In this document: positions 24,700 through 40,552 of the stretch, one piece after another | Layout: every line of letters begins with the position of its first letter | Position numbering within the stretch: position 1 is the first letter of the stretch | NCBI GenBank assembly: GCA_964016885.1 | Contig: OZ024744.1 | Coordinates: forward strand, 65,906,001-65,970,000 | Reading direction: 5' to 3' | Source: Eledone cirrhosa | Taxonomy: Eukaryota | Length of the DNA stretch: 64,000 nt | Position numbers and translations under genes: made by a program | Notes under the pieces: model-generated | What the model saw: only the letters and a program-made list of their open reading frames with translations | What the model was told of the DNA's origin: nothing | Databases searched by the model: none

Positions 24700-27600
24700 C
24701 GCGAACAAAATTTCCAACATACCACCAAATATTAATATTTGGTGGATATTGGCAGGATTTTTAGAGGAGGGACAGGACACCATCCTCTCCATCAAGAAAT
24801 CAACCAGACACATGTGGTCTGGTACAAATTTGGAAATTCTGGTTCAAGTGAGGCCGGAGAGAATCTCCAAAATACCTGAAAAGGTGCTGGTGAACAACAA
24901 CAGCCACATAAACATTTCAGTTGAAGGTGGGAGACCACACTGCTTTCGATGTAATAGTACATCGCATCTAAAGCCCCCCGCCACTGCCCTTTATAGACAC
25001 ACTTTAAAAAAACAACCCACCCCCAAAATACTGTTAACAACACCAACACCAAAACTACCACCACCACCACTACAACAACAGCACCACACAAAACAAGCAA
25101 ACACACCAAAACAAACAGCCACTCAACCAATAACAAGAGAAAGAAACACAGACAACTCCTCTGAAGAACACAGTCCCACCCCATCTCACTCCATCCAACA
25201 CTACCACAAACACACACACAAAAACACCATCACCACACAACATACCCCTACCGCACGCTCCTGATGACGATTCATCGTCAGACGAGGCTACTTCTCCATC
25301 CCCAAGTGAAGATGAAGGAGAGCTTCGGAAATAAAAAAAAACAAAAAAAGAAACACCGTAAAGCCACAAAAACACCAATCACCAACACAAACACACAACC
25401 ACCACACAAACAACAACACAAACAACACCACAATCAAACTTCCCCTTACCAGCTAACAAACACCAACACCACCCCAAACACAAACACACACCATAAATAT
25501 AAAACTCCCAGATGAACAACAAACAAAAACAACAAGAATTTGATGGAGGTCATCTCCCAAAACCCCAAGGTGGAGACCGAGGGTAAAAATTTTGTTAAAG
25601 CAGAATCGTCTCTACACCTCAAACTGATAAGGGTTTCCATGGAAACATATAGTGAACTGAAAAGGGAATTTTCGCAGGAGGTGGGCAACCCTTGTCAAAA
25701 ACCCATAAACTGCGTCCTATTAAAATGTCCCCCCACCCAACATCCCCACCAGCACCCAAATGGAGATTGAACAACCCGATCTCCAGGAAACGAAAAGGTA
25801 AGTGCATCTTTTCGTCAACTCTTCTCAACCAACATGGCTAATTTACGAATTGGAAGTGTGAATGTGCGTGGAGGGCCAACTCTTAAATGACCTTAGGTCA
25901 CACGGTATGGATGTGATAGCCACCACCGAGTCCAGGATCCACAACAGGCAGCAACTAACCCCCATCTTCAATAACTTTGAGATCTACGCATTTCTCTGTC
26001 AGCCATGAGGTGGAGGGGGAGTGGCTGTCATGTTACAGAAAAACCTGGACCTCGAAGTACAGCAAGTACACTTGGACCCGGAGGGTAGACTGGTAGTTCT
26101 AGACGTGAACAGTATTGGAGGTGGAGCCTTCAGACTGGTGGCCGTTTATGCCCCGACGGGGCAATCGCGGCCAGACTTCTTTAAGCGTCTAGAGTCTTTT
26201 CTGGGAACGTCTCGCTCCTTGATTTTAGTGGGGGACTGGAATGGTATCCTAGATGCATGATGGCACTATGTAGGATCATGTTCCAGTAGAGCGAGGTGCA
26301 ACAGCCTCAAAAATTTAATCGGCCAATTCCAACTGGCCGATAGGTATCGACTAGATTTCCCGACTGCACCACAGTGGACGTGGATAAACTGTAGCGGGAC
26401 ATCTAGATCGTATTTAGATAAGTTCTTTATTAGAGAGAAAGACAAGATGCTATTAAGCTGTCCACAAATGCACATGGTTACCTATTCAGACCACAAACTA
26501 GTCATCTGCATAGTCAACCATGATAGAATACATAGATAAGGACCCGGATACTGCAAGCTGAACATGTCGTTACCGACACGTAAAGCCTACAGTGAACGGA
26601 TAAGTAGATTAATTAAGCAACAGTTGACGGGAGCCATCGTCAACAATAGATGGTGGTACTCTCTCAAGAGAGCAATTAGAGTAGAATCGATAGCTTTTAG
26701 CAGAGAACTAGCCTTAGAGAAAAACAAAACAGAAACAGAACTAGTAGCCAAGGTAGAGGAGGGGCTTAGGAGTGGCAACGCAGCTAGGATGCTAGTAACG
26801 AGAACGGCACTGGACCGGTTCTTCGACGCGAAACCCGAAGGCTGCATGGTTAGAAGTAAATCACGTGCTCTAGGAAACGAGGGACCAAAAGCCGTTAGCT
26901 GGGCCCGAGTGGCAGAGGCGAACAGTGGCAACAAGTCCACGATTCGGTCTTTGAAAGACCAAAACGGACGCGTGCTACTTGACTCCAAGCGGATGTGCGC
27001 GACTTTTCAGCGGCACTTTGGTTCATACCTTAACGGCCTGCCGTGTCTCTCGAGCATGGATACCGAGTTCTGCGAAAGACCGATCACAGCCACTGAGATA
27101 CGGGACGCTCTGGGCCACTGCGGGAAACGCAAATCACCCGGTCTAGATGGTCTACCCTATGAGTTTTACATAGGCATGCCGGACTTGTTCTCGGGCGTCC
27201 TCGAAGCCATCTACTGCAACTAGCAGCAGAACTGGAGAATTCCCAGTTCTGCATAGTAACGCTGATCAGTAAAGACGAGAACAAGGGGGGGACAAAAAAA
27301 GCAACTTTAGGCCCATAACTCTGCTCAACACAGAGTTAAAGATTTTGGCCAAGGTGTTAACAACGAGGCTGGCGCTTGTCATCGAGAACCTGGTAGGCAA
27401 AGCGCAAATGTGTGCAATCCTCACCAGGTCCATACACGGCAACCTCCGCCGCATGCGATACATCATAGAGAGGGTGGGGGTGTAAACCTGCCTTTGGTGG
27501 GGCTCTGATCAATTTAGATCAGCCTAAGGCTTTCGATAGGGTCGACCATCGATACTTGGAAGCGGTTCTCGAGGCGGCCGGTTTCGAACCCGTCTTCAGT

Positions 27601-29170
27601 GGCTAGATCGCTGCAATGCACACCAACATCTGCTCGACGGTCAAGGTGAACGGCTACCTATCGGAGCCGTTCGCAATCATGCGTTCCATCCGACCGGGAT
27701 GTCCTCTCTCCTCCATTCTGTACGTGCTGACTCTGGAGCCACTACTGTGGAAGTTGGAGCTGCCGCAGAACATCCCGTTGGAACAGGGACTGCAGAAAGG
27801 TGACAGTAATGGTGTCGGAAATCGGGGCGATCGGCAACTTACTGCAGCAATACGAAAGGCTCGCGGGAGCAAAACTGAACCCGGACAAGTCTGTCGGTTT
27901 GCAACTCGGTACGTGGAGAGGCAAACCGATGCCGTCCGACAGCGTCGCCAGACGCTGGACTGACGGACTGCTGAAATTGCTCGGAGTCTGGTTCGGTCCG
28001 GACCTCCAAGTGGAGAAAAACTGGAACAAGGTCATGGTCAGGGTATTTGTGTTCACCCAGAAGTGGGCAAAGTGCAAACTGTCCTTGAAAGGTCGAGCGG
28101 AGGTGGCGAACACTTTCATAGCGTCCGTCATTTACTACCGCTTGACCGTCGTGCCTTGTCCCCGTGAACACCTCACCAAGATGGAACGCATGCTCTTCCA
28201 GTTCCTTTGGAAGCAGCAGGCTCCACTGGTGAGGAGATCCGTCTGCTGTCAGCACCCTACCAACGGAGGACTTCCACTTCAACATTCTATAGAGGGTTAG
28301 TACGTCATAAGGACGACGACGTGCGGAGAGACTCTAAGTATCGAAGACGACGAACTCACCAGTCTGTTTTGTAGAACTTTCCGCTCGGGACTTATGGACA
28401 ACTTCTAGAGGTCCCTGGCCTGTCAGTGCTACCGAGGAGCTCTACCAGTTCGAGACAAGATCTATAGGCAGGCAAGGACGCCCCGGCAGGGATCCTTCCA
28501 AGAGGACGTGTCCAAGATGCGAGCAGGACATTGAAACCGTCTTGCACACAATCATACACTGCCCGGGCCTAACCGACCTGTGGAACTACGCAAAACAACT
28601 GCTGTCGCGTATGGGACAAATCCAGTTGACATCCGAGTCCATAGTAAGGGTCAAACCGCCAACTTCTTTCAAAAACGAAAGAGAGGCGGTTTTCCTCTGT
28701 ATAGTGGCTATGGTGAAAGAGGTTATATGGTGAAGGAGATTGAGAGGATTGAGGACAGATGCCTTTCTCTCCTGACAACAACTCATTCCCTTCTTTAGGT
28801 TCCACTTTAGAAGGAGAATCAGATTGGAGATAGAGAGACACTGTACCACAGTAAATTTACTGAAAGGTGGGTGAATGTAGCAAAAATGGCCTGAGTGATT
28901 GGGCCTTCTCTGTATATAAACCTGTAGGTTGAAGAAGAGAGCAAAAGGAAGAAAGGAGCACTTGCACAACACGCTCCTGAAGTCGAGGGTTGGGCTATCG
29001 ACGGGGTATTAAACAACCCATTTGTGTGCCCCCCCCCCCCCTATTGGGGATTTCGATTGTTAAATTTGTTTGTTTTAATAATATTTTTACACGACTGTAT
29101 GTAAAATCCTCAGCACGTGTCTTTGTATTGTCCCTTTTTTCTTGTGCGCCCCTGTGGCAAATAAAGAAAT
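24700..29170 (+). mobile_element. Decayed near-full-length Tx1/L1-clade LINE (ORF1 Zn-knuckle; ORF2 APE-RT)
   Basis: ORF1 CFRCNSTSH; ORF2 from ATG 25834 (SVNVRG, VYAP, GDWN, SDH, KSPGLDG, DQxKAFD); many stops and frameshifts; YADD codons deleted near 27799; ends AATAAAGAAA then (TC)n. Confidence 0.9.
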
Positions 29171-29183
29171 CTCTCTCTCTCTC

Positions 29184-29236
<53 letters not shown>

Positions 29237-29424
29237 CCGAATAAATGTCATTGCCCAATAGCCTTTGAGGAAAATCCTAATAATTTCATACCAAGACAAT
29301 CTTAAAGAAGGCTTAAGAGACGCAGCAATGCAAAAACACAGGGATTAAAAAATGTGACTGGTCACATATGTACACACATACACACTCACATATACATTTA
29401 CACACACACACATCTGGTCACATT

Positions 29425-29712
29425 TTGCACTATCATCATCATTATAACCAAGATCGTCATCATCACCACCATCATGATCATCATCACCATCAACCACCAA
29501 CAAAACCACCACCAAAACCATCACCATCGCCACCATTATCATAATCATCATCATGTTCATGATAATAATCATCATCATCACCATCATCAATCATAAATGT
29601 CATCATCCATAACACCATCACCATCACCATCATTATCATAATCATCGTTGTTATCATCATCGTCATCAAATATCATAATCATCATCATCATCATCATAAC
29701 CATCATGATCAT
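29425..29712. repeat. (CAT)n tract
   Basis: Direct inspection. Confidence 0.9.
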
Positions 29713-29775
29713 TCTATGTCCACTATTCAACGCGCGGTATGTGAAACAACAACAATACCATTGATATGAAAGGCC

Positions 29776-32700
29776 ACTACATTAACTGTTGAGAGTGCTA
29801 CATTAACTGTTGACAGTGCTACATTAACTGTTGATAGTATTATATTGACTGTTGACAGTATTATATTGAGAGTTGACAGTGCTACATTAACTGTTGACGG
29901 TGTTACATTAACTGTTGAGAGTGCTACATTAACTGATGACAGTGTTACATTAACTGTTGACAGTGTTACATTAACTGTTGACAGTGTTACATTAACTGTT
30001 GACAGTGCTACATTAAATGTAGACAGGGTTACATTAACTGTTGACAGTGCTACATTAACTGTTGACAGTGCTACATTAACTGTTGACAGTGTTACATTAA
30101 CTGTTGACAGTGTTACATTAACAGTTGACAGTGCTACATTAACTGTTGACAGTGCTACATTAACTGTTGACAGTGCTACATTAACTGTTGACAGTGTTAC
30201 ATTAACTGTTGACAGTGTTACATTAACTGCTGACAGTGCTACATTAACTGTTGACAGTGCTACATTAACTGGTGACAGTGTTATATTAACTGTTGACAGT
30301 GCTACATTAACTGTTGACAGTATTACATTAACTGTTGACAGTGTTACATTAACTGTTGACAGTATTATATTGACTGTTGACAGTGCTACATTAACTGTTG
30401 ACAGTGTTACATTAACTGTTGACAGTGTTACATTAACTGTTGACATTGATACATTCACTGTTGACAGTGCAACATTAACTGTTGACAGTGTTATATTGAG
30501 AGTTGACACTGCTACATTAACTGTTGACAGTGTTACATTAACTGTTGACAGTGTTACATTAACTGTTGACAGTGCTACATTAACTGTTGACAGTGTTACG
30601 TTAACTGTTGACAGTGTTACATTAACTGTTGACAGTGCTACATTAACTGTTGACAGTGCTACATTAACTGTTGACAGTGCTACATTAACTGTTGATAGTA
30701 TTATATTGACTGTTGACAGTGCTACATTAACTGTTGACAGTGTTACATTAACTGTTGACAGTGTTACATTAACTGTTGACAGTATTATATTGACTGTTGA
30801 CAGTGCTACATTAACTGTTGACAGTGTTACATTAACTGTTGACAGTGTTACATTAACTGTTGACAGTGTTACGTTAACTGTTGACAGCATTATATTGACT
30901 GTTGACAATGCTACATTAACTGTTGACAGTGTTACATTAACTGTTGACAGTGTTACATTAACTGTTGACAGTGTTACATTAACTGTTGACAGTGTTACAT
31001 TAACTGTTGACAGTATTAAATTGACTGTTGACTGCTACATTAACTGTTGACAGTGTTACATTAACTGTTGAGAGTGTTACATTAACTGGTGACAGTGTTA
31101 CATTAACTGTTGACAGTGCTACATTAACTGTTGACAGTGCTACATTAACTGTTGACAGTGTTACATTAACTGTTGATAGTGCTACATTAATTGTTGACAG
31201 TGTTACATTAATTGTTGACAGTGTTACATTAGCTGTTGACAGTATTATATTGACTGTTGACAGTGCTACATTAACTGTTGACAGTGTTACATTAACTGTT
31301 GAGAGTGTTACATTAACTGTTGAGAGTGTTACATTAACTGGTGACAGTATTACATTAACTGTTGACAGTGCTACATTAACTGTTGACAGTGTTACATTAA
31401 CTGTTGACAGTGCTACATTAATTGTTGACAGTGTTACATTAACTGTTGATAGTATTATATTGACTGTTGACGGTGTTACATTAACTGTTGAGAGTGTTAC
31501 ATAAACTGTTGACACACTGCTACATTAACTGTTGATAGTGTTACATTAATTGTTGACAGTGTTACATTAACTGTTGACAGTGCTACATTAACTGTTGACA
31601 TACTGTTACATTCACTGTTGACAGTGTTACATTAACTGTTGATAGTGCTACATTAACTGTTGACAGTGATACATTAACTGTTGACAGTGTTACATTGACT
31701 GTTGGCAGTGTTACATTAACTGTTGACATACTGTTACATTAACTGTTGACAGTGTTACATTAACTGTTCACAGTGTTACATTAATTGTTGACAGTGTTAA
31801 ATTAACTGTTGAGAGTGTTACATTAACTGTTGACAGTGATATATTAACTGGTGACAGTGTTACATTAACTGTTGATAGTGCTACATTAAATGTTGAGAGT
31901 GTTACATTAATTAGTGACAGTGTTACATTAACTGTTGACTGTGTTACATTACATGTTGAGCGTATTATGTTAACTGTTGACAGTGTTGCATTAACTGTTG
32001 AGAGTGCTACATTAACTGTTGACAGTGCTACATTAATTCTTGACAGTGCTACATTCCCTATTGACAGTGTTACATTAACTGTTGACAGTATTATATTGAC
32101 TGTTGACAGTGTTAAAATATCTGCTGACAGTGTTAAAATAACTGTTGATAGTGTTACATTAACTTTTGACATACTATTACATTAACTGTTGACATTGTTA
32201 CATTAACTATTGACACACAGCTATATTAACTGTTGGGAGTGTTACATTAATTGTTGACAGTGTTATATTAACTATTGAGAGTGTTACATTAACTGTTGCC
32301 AGTGTTACATTAGCTGTTGACAGTGTTAAATTAACTGTTGACAGTGTTACATTAACTGTTGACATACTGTTACATTAACTGTTGACATACTGTTACATGA
32401 ACTGTTGACAGTGCTACATTAATTGTTGACAATGTTACATTAACTGTTGACAGTGTTACATTAACTGTTGGCAGTGCTACATTAACTATTGACAGTGCTA
32501 CATTAACTGTTGACAATGCTACATTAACTGTTGAGAATGTTACATTAACTGCTGACAGTGTTACGTTAACTGTTAACAACGTTACATTAACTGTTGACAT
32601 TGTTACATTAACTGTTGGCAGTGTTACATTAACTGTTGACATTGTTACATTAACTGTTGACAGTGTAACATTAACTGTTGATAGTGGTACATTAACTGTT

Positions 32701-34340
32701 GACAGTGCTAAATTAACTGTTGTCAGTGTTACATTAACTGTTGACAGTGCTACATTAACTGTTGACAGTGTTACAGTAACTGTTGACACACTGCTTCATT
32801 AACTGTTGAGAGTGTTACATTAATTGTTGACAGTGTTACATTAACTGTTGAGAGTGTTACATTAATTGTTGACAGTGTTACATTAATTGTTGACAGTGTT
32901 ACATTAACTATTGACAGTGCTACATTAACTGTTGTCAGTCCTACATTAACTGTTGACTGTGTTACATTACCTGTTGAGAGTGTTATATTAACTGTTGACT
33001 GTGTTACATTACCTGTTGAGAGTGTTATGTTAACTGTTGACAGTGTTGCATTAACTTGTTGAGAGTGTTACATTAACTGTTGACAGTGTTACATTAACTG
33101 TTCACAGTGCTACATTAACTGTTGGCAGTGCTACATTAACTGTTTACAGTGCTACATTAATTGTTGACAATGCTAGATTAACTGTTGACAGTGTTAAAGT
33201 AACTGTTGACAGTGCTACATTAACTGTTGACAGTGTTATATGAACTGTTGACAGTGTTACATTAACTGTTGACAATGTTACATTAACTGTTGACATACTG
33301 TTAGATTAACTGTTGACAGTGCTACATTAACTGTTGACAGTGCTACATCAACTGTTGACAGTGCTACATTAACTATTGACAGTGCTACATTAACTGTTGA
33401 CAATGCTACATTAACTGTTGACAGTGCTACATTAACTGTTGACAGTGCTACTTTAACTGTTGACAATACTAGATTAACTGTTGACAGTGTTAAATTAACT
33501 GTTGACAGTGTTACATTAACTGTTGAGAGTGTTACATTAACTGTTGACAGTGTTACATTAACTGTTGAGTGTTATGTTAACTGTTGACAGTGTTATATTA
33601 ACTGTTGACAGTGTTACATTAACTGTTGACAGTGTTATATTAACTGTTGATAGTGCTACATTAACTGTTGACATTGATACACTAACTGTAGACAGTGTAA
33701 CATTAACTGTTGACAGTGTTACATTGACTGATGACAGTGTTACATTAACTGTTGGCAGTGTTACATTAACTGTTGACAGTGTTACATTAACTGTTGACAG
33801 TGTTACATTAACTGTTTACATACTGTTACATTAACCGTTGACAGTGTTACATTAACCGTTGACAGTGTTACATTAACTGTTGACATACTGTTACATTAAC
33901 TGTTGACATACTGTTACATTAACTGTTGACAGTGTTACATTAACTGTTACATTAACTGTTGACAGTGTTACATTAACTGTTGACAGTGTTACATTAACTG
34001 TTGAGAGCGTTATGTTAACTGTTGACAGTGTTACATTAACCGTTGACAGTGTTACATTAACTGTTGACAATGCTACATTAACTGTTGACAGTGTTTCATT
34101 AACTGCTGACAGTGTTACATTAACTGTTAACAACGTTACATTAACTGTTGACAGTGTTACATTAACTGTTGACAGTGTTACATTAACCGTTGACAGTGTT
34201 ACATTAACTGTTGACAGTGTTACATTAACTGTTGACAGTGTTTCATTAACTGTTGACACACTCCTACATTAACTGTTAACAGTGTTACATTAACTGTTGA
34301 CAGTGTTACATTAACTGCTGACAAACTGCTACATTAACTT
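29776..34340. repeat. 21-bp satellite array, roughly 215 units
   Basis: Unit ACATTAACTGTTGACAGTG(T/C)T with occasional 23-bp and shorter variants. Confidence 0.97.
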
Positions 34341-34859
34341 TTATTCACTACTTATGGCACATAGAGATACAACCCACTGACTTTAAACTTAATACACAAT
34401 TGAAATAATTTTGAAAGCAAATTAAAATAACTCAAAACAAATTAAAATAAACTTAAGGTAGATTAAATAATCTCAACGAAACAGGTATTTCTTTCATTTG
34501 GAGGGGAATTTCTAAACAAGAAATGGATATGATTATTAATTTTCTTTTCTAATTTAAGCAAAGAATTTCAGTTATCCCTTTCATCATTAATATTTTGAAA
34601 GAAGGTTCATGAACACCACCCTCACATGTTATTTAGGGACCCCGTGTCAAAATGTAGGAGTGTAATAGAACCTGCCACAATGTTTTAACTAAGGTTTTAG
34701 ATAGCTTAAATAAGAAAAAAAATATATATACATTTACATTTATTTATTATTTATTCTCAAATACACAGACTAAAACACAAACACACACAAAATAAATATA
34801 CTCATATTATGTATATATACAGATATACACACACACACACTCATATATATATATATATA

Positions 34860-35018
34860 TTTCGTTTCTGAATTTGTTTAGCAAGATTCTTTATATGAAA
34901 TCGTGTGTTGAAACCGATATTGTTATACTTTGGGAGGGTCATGTTGCCAATAAGAAACACACGCACTGGTGCGTGTGTTTCTTATTGGCAACATGACCCT
35001 CCCAAAGTATAACAATAT
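34860..35018. mobile_element. Family D mini fold-back without hammerhead
   Basis: Arms 34917-34966/34969-35018 plus the same tail as 9744-9799. Confidence 0.85.
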
Positions 35019-35096
35019 ATATATATATATATACATACACATATAAATAAGAGTATATTTATTTTGTGTGTGCAATTACTTGTGTTTTGCAGTCTG

Positions 35097-35140
<44 letters not shown>

Positions 35141-35266
35141 CACACACACACACATATATATACATGTAAGAGATGTCAACATGAATAGACCTGTTATTTT
35201 TATCTAAGGACATTTTTTCCAATTCCATCTCACCCGTCCCCTCAATCTATTTTATTTCTCATTCTT

Positions 35267-35302
35267 TCTTCTGTTGAAGGACTAACGTCCGAAACGTTAA
35301 GA
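35267..35302 (+). ncRNA. Variant minimal hammerhead motif (family G, non-palindromic element about 35170-35395)
   Basis: TCTT-CTGTTGA-aGGACtaacGTCC-GAAA-CG-TT|AAGA; core has A6-to-U change. Confidence 0.5.
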
Positions 35303-35409
35303 CACTCTTCCTTCTACATCAAGCGTTAACCTAATATATACCTTCCATTTACTGTACCGATTGTGTTGTTATTTCTGTTTACTTTTTACATTCATATATA
35401 TATATATAT

Positions 35410-36144
35410 ATATTGTTATACTTTGGGAGGGTCATGTTGCCAATAAGAAACACACGCACCAGTTGCTTTCACTTCAGTTTATTATATATTTATAAATTTA
35501 CAAATTTATAAATTTATAAATTTCTGGTTGGTTGGTTGGTTCCACAACCAGATAGTTGTTTATATATAGTCATAGTCCTTTCGTCACACACTCTGTGACC
35601 TCTTCAGTGACTGGGGATTCCCTTCTTTGTTTCTGTGCCTCTCCTTTGTTCTGTCCTACGCCATTTTGTTTCTGTGTGTGTGTTGTGTGCTCAGTCTGCG
35701 CATGCGCCACATCTGGGTGTCTGTGTGTGTTTATGTTCATTTATCTATTTGTTTATTTATTTATTTATTTACATGTTACTGGTTGGTTGTTTGTTCTATG
35801 TGTGTGTGTGTTTTCATTTTGTCCTTAATTGTAAGTTGTGATGTTGCTGTTCCACTCATATTTTCTATTTAATTTTGGCACAGAAACAAAGAAAGGAATC
35901 CCCAGTCACTGAAGAGGTCACAGAGTGTGTGACGAAAGGACTATGACTATATATAAACAATATCTGGTTGTGGAACCAACCAACCAACCAGAAATTTATA
36001 AATTTATAAATATATAATAAACTGAAGTGAAAGCATCTGGTGCGTGTGTTTCTTATTGGCAACATGACCCTCCCAAAGTATAACAATATCGGTTTCAACA
36101 CACGATTTCAGATCAAGAATCTTGCCAAACAAATTCAGAAACGA
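35410..36144. mobile_element. Family D inverted pair with spacer and two hammerheads
   Basis: Arms about 35410-35639/35877-36089; tail to 36144; CTGAAGA...GAAAggacTA|TGACT at about 35904-35948 and mirrored at about 35568-35612. Confidence 0.88.
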
Positions 36145-36153
36145 TATATATAC

Positions 36154-36198
<45 letters not shown>

Positions 36199-36572
36199 CA
36201 TATATATATATACACATACATATATATATATACATACATATATATATACATATATATACATACATATATATATACATATATATACATACATATATATATA
36301 CATATATATACATACATATATATATACATACATATACATATATATATACATACATATACATATATATATACATACATATATATATACATACATATATACA
36401 TACATATATATATACATACATATATACATACATATATACATACATATATATATACATATATATATACATATATATATACATATATATACATACATATATA
36501 TATACATATATATACATACATATATATATACATACATATATACATACATATATATATATATATATACATACA

Positions 36573-36608
<36 letters not shown>

Positions 36609-36610
36609 CA

Positions 36611-36646
<36 letters not shown>

Positions 36647-36876
36647 TATGTATGTATGCGTGTGTGTGTGTGCATGTGCGTGCTTTGCAATTTAAGTGAA
36701 ATGTGCAGCTATTAAGAATACTCAAGCTAAAAGGATCATGGAAATGGAAAACACACACACCACCACCACCACACACACCACCACCACCACCACACAGGTG
36801 CATGTGTGTGGTGTATTCTCACATTTTTATTCTGTATCACTTAATTAATATATATATATATATATATATATATACC

Positions 36877-36932
<56 letters not shown>

Positions 36933-37137
36933 CACCTATGTATATATATATATATATATATACCTATGTATATATATATATACATATGTATATATATTTA
37001 TATATATATATATACATATGTATATATATTTATATATATATATATATATACATATGTATATATATTTATATATATATATACATATGTATATATATATATA
37101 AATATATATACATATGTATATATATAAATATATATAC

Positions 37138-37168
<31 letters not shown>

Positions 37169-37171
37169 CAT

Positions 37172-37228
<57 letters not shown>

Positions 37229-37464
37229 TATACATATGTATATATATATACATATGTATATATATATACATATGTATATATATATACATATGTATATATA
37301 TATATATACATATGTATATATATATATATATACATATGTATATATATATATATACATATGTATATATATATATATACATATGTATATATATTTATATATA
37401 TATATATATACATATGTATATATATTTATATATATATATATATATATACATATGTATATATATT

Positions 37465-37505
<41 letters not shown>

Positions 37506-37561
37506 ATACATATGTATATATATATATATATATACATATGTATATATATATATATATATAC

Positions 37562-37598
<37 letters not shown>

Positions 37599-37874
37599 TA
37601 TACATATACATATATATATACATATGTATACATATATATACATATACATATATATATACATATATATACATATACATATATATATACATATGTATACATA
37701 TATATACATATACATATATATATACATATGTATACATATATATATATACATATGTATATATATATATATATATATATACATATACATATGTATATATATT
37801 TATATATATATATATATATATATATACAAATGTATATATATTTATATATATACATATATATACATATGTATATA

Positions 37875-37913
<39 letters not shown>

Positions 37914-38058
37914 GTATATATATTTATATATATATATATATACATATGTATATATATATATATATACATATGTATATATACATATATACATATGTATATA
38001 TATATATATACATACATACATACATATATATTTATATATATATTTATATATATATATT

Positions 38059-38124
<66 letters not shown>

Positions 38125-38147
38125 AATATATATATATACATGTATGA

Positions 38148-38178
<31 letters not shown>

Positions 38179-38190
38179 ATATATATATGT
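36144..38190. repeat. Long TA/TACA microsatellite region
   Basis: Direct inspection; short unique island at 36660-36845. Confidence 0.95.
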
Positions 38191-38629
38191 TCACACATGT
38201 TCACACACTCATACACACACACACAAACACACACACACACACATATATATATGTATTCATTAGGGAATGATCTAATAATACGGTTCCCCGAATTTAATGG
38301 AATTCAGAGAAACAGATCCGATACCATATCATGTATAGTCAACTCTGTGTAAAGTATAAACAACTTTCAAGAGAATTCTAGTTTGGGATAATATAAATAA
38401 ATCCAGTATTTTTTTACAAACCAATTGTAAAAAAAAATATCTTCTGGGTAGTGAGCCCTGTTGGGATATATAAACAAATAGGCATTTATTGAAAGAAATT
38501 TGATCTCTTAGTTTGCAGATATCGTTTTCTTCATATAGGTGGTAAGTATTAGCTCTATACACAAACAAACATTCATGCATTAATATATATTGAAATATAC
38601 TCACGTATGTGTGTCTGCATGTGTGTGTG

Positions 38630-38660
<31 letters not shown>

Positions 38661-38765
38661 TTGTGTATATATGTGTATATATAAATATATATATATATGT
38701 AAGCGTGAACCTAATATAACTGTGTAAAAATTGGTTCCTGTGTTTTGTTTGTTCATTATTCAACT

Positions 38766-38804
<39 letters not shown>

Positions 38805-40203
38805 CTAGGTGGCCCGTCCGGCTGGCGACCGGCTAGGTAGACCGGCATTTTATCTTTTCAGGAATCCTCCCTACACCCCAGTGCAAAGATACCGCATGGC
38901 CTCTCAAGTCAGCGAGGTGGGGTGTTAACGTGCTCTGATGTTGGGTTTGAATAGTTTTTAGGATTCCCCAGTTCAGTAGCCAGTACGTTAAAGAAAATTG
39001 ATAGTTACAACAATAAAGGCTGAACAGAACACACATTTTTTAACAAACAATCATTTGTACAACCATCATGGAAATTCCAAGTAACAGAAAATATTTAAAT
39101 TACATTGTTAGAGCCTCAGAGTATACAATATTTTTTTGTTTGGCCCTCCGGAGCAAAGATGAAGAGATTGTTTGGCGAGCTCACCCTAGAGCATCCTACA
39201 TACAATTGACCATGGGAGAATCACTGATGAGAAGCTCTGTAGACGTTGACCTCTGGACACTCCTGTCAGGAGCAGGTAAGCTGTAGTGACTTAGAGGCCT
39301 ACCACCAATCTCCAGGACACTGTTTTCAAGACAAATAAGTGCCTCATTGAAAACGACATCGTATGTTACGTTCGGATTGTGTCTGCGTGTGCGGTGGAGG
39401 ATGTCCTCAGCTAGACTTTCACGGTGGTTGTTCCACAGTGCGAGAGGATCCGCGAGATTGCAGTTGTGCAGCATAATAGCAAAAGTTTTCGCAGCTGAGA
39501 AGTGACTTTAGCAGTTGCTGCTTCTTGCAGGGTGAGGTACCAATAACTGTCATCGTCTAACATACCACGCATCTGGCAAGCCAAACGGTAAGTGGAACAT
39601 TGATGGCCATTGATGGTTCTCAGATCTTGGAAAAACTGTGGTCCTCTAACCTCGAACAGTAATAATGACAATAAGCCGCCTGTGCTTTTGTGAAATAAAT
39701 AGGTTTTTGTGTATGCAAACATATCTGTACACGAATATAGATATTAAAATAACAGATTAAAGTTTAAGCAAAGAATTGCTGCTTTCACCCTTAACGGGAT
39801 CTTCTGAAACTAAAAAAATCAAACAGTGAATGCAGAAGTAAATATTTCGAAAACGTTATCTAATGCAGACAGCCAGACATACAGAGAGATATTATAAGTG
39901 TGCTACGTTATAGCTATGTATCTATCTAAAAAGACAGACTGAGAAAAAGAGGGGAATGTTGTGCGACGTCATAAGAAAAAGTGAGGAATGACGTATAACC
40001 GGAAGTGTTGACATTTGAAATTTTAAAGAAGTGAATATTTAAATAATGTCTTTAATCTTTTAACAAAATTCAGTAGACAAAAATTCCCTCACTTTTTTAC
40101 TTGGAAAAAGTTACATCTATGGTGCAAATCTGGTGCTGTTTGGTCCAGCCTTTTGGCGGAAAGTTTGTTACCTACATACGGCCGTCAGCTTTATATTATA
40201 TAT
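38805..40203 (-). mobile_element. Internally deleted Helitron with RepHel fragments
   Basis: 3' hairpin ccgg-tcgccag-ccgg then CTAG at 38808-38805; LLLFEVRGPQFFQDLRTING..YRLACQMRGMLDDD and DPLALWNNHRESLAEDI at 39196-39700; 5' TATAAAGCTGACGGCCG also seen at about 63798. Confidence 0.8.
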
Positions 40204-40407
40204 ATACAGTCGATTGACTTTTCATCAAATCGGACCGACGAAACAATGTTTCCATTGGTCTTTCTAATTGCTAATACTCTCTATCGGTCACAATTCCAGG
40301 TAGAAGGAGCAACGTAAAAGAAAGGACACAACACATCGCCCGCTCTGGGAATCGAACACACAACCATATGATTGTGAATTCAATTCTCTGACCACTCAGC
40401 CACTCAC

Positions 40408-40552
<145 letters not shown>

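Noticed and set aside
29727-31050. Thr-rich ice-binding or adhesin-like repeat protein
   Set aside because: Open on both strands because of the unit sequence; frameshifting variants downstream; no signal peptide or splice evidence
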